From an uncultured Bacilli bacterium (GTDB lineage: Bacteria > Bacillota_I > Bacilli_A > RFN20 > CAG-826): DNA of 64,000 bases. The position numbers were made by a program, and so were the translations under genes. Location of the stretch: NCBI GenBank assembly GCA_944358895.1, contig CALVSB010000006.1:8573-72572 (forward strand), in the 5' to 3' direction. How positions within the stretch are numbered: the first letter of the stretch is position 1; each line of letters starts with the position of its first letter. The notes beneath the pieces were generated by a model. The model saw only the letters and a list, made by a program, of their open reading frames with translations, was not told where the DNA came from and made no database searches. Below, in pieces: positions 61,668 to 64,000 of this stretch.

Positions 61668-62924
61668 ATGAAAAAGAACGTTCTCACGCTTCTACTACCT
61701 GCCCTCCTCGTTTTGGCCGCTTGCGGCGGAACGACGACTTCTTCCTCTGAAGAGATGGCTTCTTCGACCCCGACCGAGGAAACCTCTTCCTCGACTCCGG
61801 ACGTAACCCCTGATTCTTCCAGTGAAGAAATTCCCGCCTCCTCTTCGTCGAGCGCCGAGGAAGAGACTCCGACCTCTTCTTCAAGCGAGGAAGACGACGA
61901 ACCGGTCATCGTCATCCCGACCGTGACCCCGACCATCCACGTGACGGTCGAAGGAATCACCGTCCTCGAGGAAAACGGCATCTACATCGGCTCGCCGAAC
62001 CTCGAAGGCGCGAGCGCCGATGTCTGGGGCTATGCCGAAATGACCCTCGATAGCGACGGCACTTACTCCTATACCTTCCCCGAAACCGAGATCGAGCAGT
62101 ACATCCTCTTCCAGGTCTATGTCCAGAACAAAGAAGGCAACGACTGGTCCGGCGTCCTCTGCGACGAATGCGCCGGGAACAAGGACATTCAAGTCCTCAC
62201 TCTCGAAGGGCAGAACGACTACGACGTGACCGTCACCTTCTCCTCGCAGCCCGATTCGAGCAACGTCGTTAGTGACGTCACCTTTACCCTCACGGCAACC
62301 GACAGCCAAGGGAACCCGATCGACGAAGAAGGGCTCTACATCATTGCCTACGACTCGATCAACGGCGGCGGGGCCGAGACGGTCTGGACCAACAACGGCA
62401 ACGGCGTCTATTCCTACACCTATGACAGCATCCCGGTCGGGGCCTTCACCATCAACCCCTACCTCGAAGCGACCGACGACATCACCAAGATCACTTGGAA
62501 CAAGTCCGATACGCTCGGGGAAGCCGGCTACCACTTCGACATCAAGGCCGGGGTCAATGCCTACAACTTCGCGGCGACCTGGACCAACATCCCGACTCCC
62601 TCGACCGGCGATAGCTACAAGGTGAACATCACCCTTACCCTCACCTCCTCCCTCGGGGAGAACGCTCAGTACCCGCAGATTGTCTTCGACGGTTCGTGGA
62701 TCCCTCTCACCCCGACCGACGACGAGCTCACCTGGACCTACGAAAGCACCTATGCGGAAGGAGCCCACAGCTTCTACTTCTATTGGTGGAACGCCACGGA
62801 AGGCGCCCACGCGATCTACGCGGATGCGAACGGCAGCCTCTTCTCCATCGACCTCACCGGCGACGTCACCCTCGCGGTGACTGGCGCCTTCTCCGGCGAG
62901 ACGAGCGTCGGGACGATGGCTTAA
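61668..62924 (+). CDS. Surface lipoprotein, probable glycan-binding accessory protein
   Basis: Lipobox LAAC, long Ser/Glu/Thr linker, aromatic-rich beta-type repeats. The last gene of the galactan locus. Confidence 0.75.
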   Translation: MKKNVLTLLLPALLVLAACGGTTTSSSEEMASSTPTEETSSSTPDVTPDSSSEEIPASSSSSAEEETPTSSSSEEDDEPVIVIPTVTPTIHVTVEGITVLEENGIYIGSPNLEGASADVWGYAEMTLDSDGTYSYTFPETEIEQYILFQVYVQNKEGNDWSGVLCDECAGNKDIQVLTLEGQNDYDVTVTFSSQPDSSNVVSDVTFTLTATDSQGNPIDEEGLYIIAYDSINGGGAETVWTNNGNGVYSYTYDSIPVGAFTINPYLEATDDITKITWNKSDTLGEAGYHFDIKAGVNAYNFAATWTNIPTPSTGDSYKVNITLTLTSSLGENAQYPQIVFDGSWIPLTPTDDELTWTYESTYAEGAHSFYFYWWNATEGAHAIYADANGSLFSIDLTGDVTLAVTGAFSGETSVGTMA

Positions 62925-63035
62925 TCAACCGTCATGACGGGGCGGCCCTCCGGGGCCGCTTTTTCGTTCCATGGTAGGAAACAATTGTCTATTTCACCTC
63001 AAAGTGCCCATAATGTGCCAATCAAGGAGATAATC

Positions 63036-63587
63036 ATGGTTGAAAAAGGAAAGACGGCCATCATCGTCGTCGACATGCTGAATGATTTCGTCACCGGGGC
63101 TCTTAAGTGCGACCGGGGACTCGCCATCGTTCCCCACGTCAAGAAGCTCATCGAGGCAGCCCGGGAGAGGAACGTCCCCGTTATCTTTGCCAACGATGCT
63201 CATATCAAAGGCATCGACCATGAGCTGAAGCTTTGGGGCGACCACGCGATCGCCGGGACCAAGGGAGCCGAAGTCATTCCCGAACTCGCCCCGACGGAAA
63301 AGGACTATATCGTTCCGAAGCGGCGCTACTCGGGTTTCTTCCACACCGACCTCGACCTCTTGCTCCGGGAGCTTGGCATCACCACGGTCATCATGACCGG
63401 GCTCCATGCCCATATGTGCGTCCGCCACACCTCGGCCGATGCCTATATGCTCGGCTACAAGGTCGTCGTCGCGACCGACTGCACCGATTCCTTCACCAAG
63501 GAAGACTACGAGTACGGCATCAAATACCTTAAGGACGTCTACGGCGCCGAGCTTTATACCGCTGACGAACTGATTGTCCAGTTCTAA
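63036..63587 (+). CDS. Isochorismatase-family cysteine hydrolase (nicotinamidase-like)
   Basis: AIIVVDMLNDF (Asp), VPKRRYSGF (Lys), GLHAHMCVRHT (Cys). AAGGAGA SD. Confidence 0.85.
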   Translation: MVEKGKTAIIVVDMLNDFVTGALKCDRGLAIVPHVKKLIEAARERNVPVIFANDAHIKGIDHELKLWGDHAIAGTKGAEVIPELAPTEKDYIVPKRRYSGFFHTDLDLLLRELGITTVIMTGLHAHMCVRHTSADAYMLGYKVVVATDCTDSFTKEDYEYGIKYLKDVYGAELYTADELIVQF

Positions 63588-63629
63588 GGCGAAAGGCAAA
63601 AAGAAATCCGTTTTGCGCGGATTTTTTGT

Positions 63630-64000
63630 TTAATCGATTTCGGTAACGTTGTCGTCCTCGGGACAGGGGACGTTCACATCATCCGGGCTCAGGTGGCTAT
63701 GCGGGGCGATCGTGTCGAGGGGGAGGAACATATAGAGGGCTTCGCCGCGGGCGAGGAGGACATTGTCCATCGTCCTTATTTCAGCGTGGCCCTTGAAGGT
63801 GAGGCTCGAGATCGAATCGATGACCCCGATGCACTTGAGGGGGACGTCGTAAGGGACGCCCTTGTGGTACTCGATGCTCAGCTTGATGGTGCAACCCCAA
63901 GCCCCCGGCTTCTTGATCCAGATGGCCCGCCCGATTGTCTCGTCGATCATGGCGGTGATCATGCCGCCGTGGGTCCGTTCCGGATATGACTGGTGGCAGC
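63630..64000 (-). CDS. PaaI/hotdog-fold thioesterase (5' end outside window)
   Basis: HGGMITAMIDETIG motif. The frame stays open upstream of the ATG at 63962 to the window edge. Confidence 0.8.
   Translation of the reverse strand, partial: CHQSYPERTHGGMITAMIDETIGRAIWIKKPGAWGCTIKLSIEYHKGVPYDVPLKCIGVIDSISSLTFKGHAEIRTMDNVLLARGEALYMFLPLDTIAPHSHLSPDDVNVPCPEDDNVTEID

Noticed and set aside
1-64000. Alternative genetic code (UGA as Trp, as in Mycoplasma/Spiroplasma), considered because of the lipoprotein-rich, Mollicutes-like gene content.
   Set aside because: TGA terminates many conserved genes at their expected ends, often in ATGA overlaps (sipW-like 8125-8127, folC 28402-28404, ecfA2 34358-34360). 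Conserved proteins contain no in-frame TGA, and Trp is encoded by TGG.

Overview
Bacterial chromosomal segment. Coding regions are GC-rich with a strong G/C third-position bias, which produces many long spurious antisense and alternate-frame ORFs in the track. The standard code applies: TGA is a stop at many conserved gene ends and TGG encodes Trp. Gene content looks Bacillota / wall-less-Firmicute-like: many lipobox lipoproteins with Ser/Glu/Thr-rich linkers, the ecfA1-ecfA2-ecfT-truA module near rplM-rpsI, a SipW-type signal peptidase and cre boxes. I support about 60 protein genes, 3 tRNAs (Ile-GAT, Val-CAC, Thr-TGT), several clear rho-independent terminators and a few sigma70-type promoters. 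I saw no rRNA, CRISPR array, transposase or integrase. Housekeeping genes: ugd, gpmA, smpB, folC, dCMP deaminase, ECF module, truA, a YebC-family gene, rplM, rpsI and glyA. Accessory content worth attention: (1) An AT-rich islet at the left end (about 703-2700) carries a membrane-anchored GIY-YIG protein and a three-gene overlapping cassette of unknowns. (2) A monocistronic class III nucleotidyl-cyclase-like gene (4026-4766) has no visible effector and lies divergent from a 696-nt AT-rich control region. (3) The best candidate for something undescribed is an 11.7-kb, nine-gene, translationally coupled operon (5463-17151). It joins two TasA-like SipW-substrate genes, a SipW-type peptidase, a polytopic-membrane McrB-type AAA+ protein, a zinc-ribbon McrC-like partner, an ABC exporter, a 797-aa Ig/beta-helix-like protein and a repeat lipoprotein. 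(4) A scar-like region 3' of tRNA-Thr holds a helically phased ACTTC array and a decayed YD-repeat-like fragment. (5) A 13-kb AraC/cre-controlled beta-1,4-galactan locus has three GH53 paralogs (one cytoplasmic), an unknown 610-aa cytoplasmic protein and a zinc-ribbon mini-protein, but no GH42/GH2 beta-galactosidase. All functional calls rest on motif recognition by eye; no database search was run.
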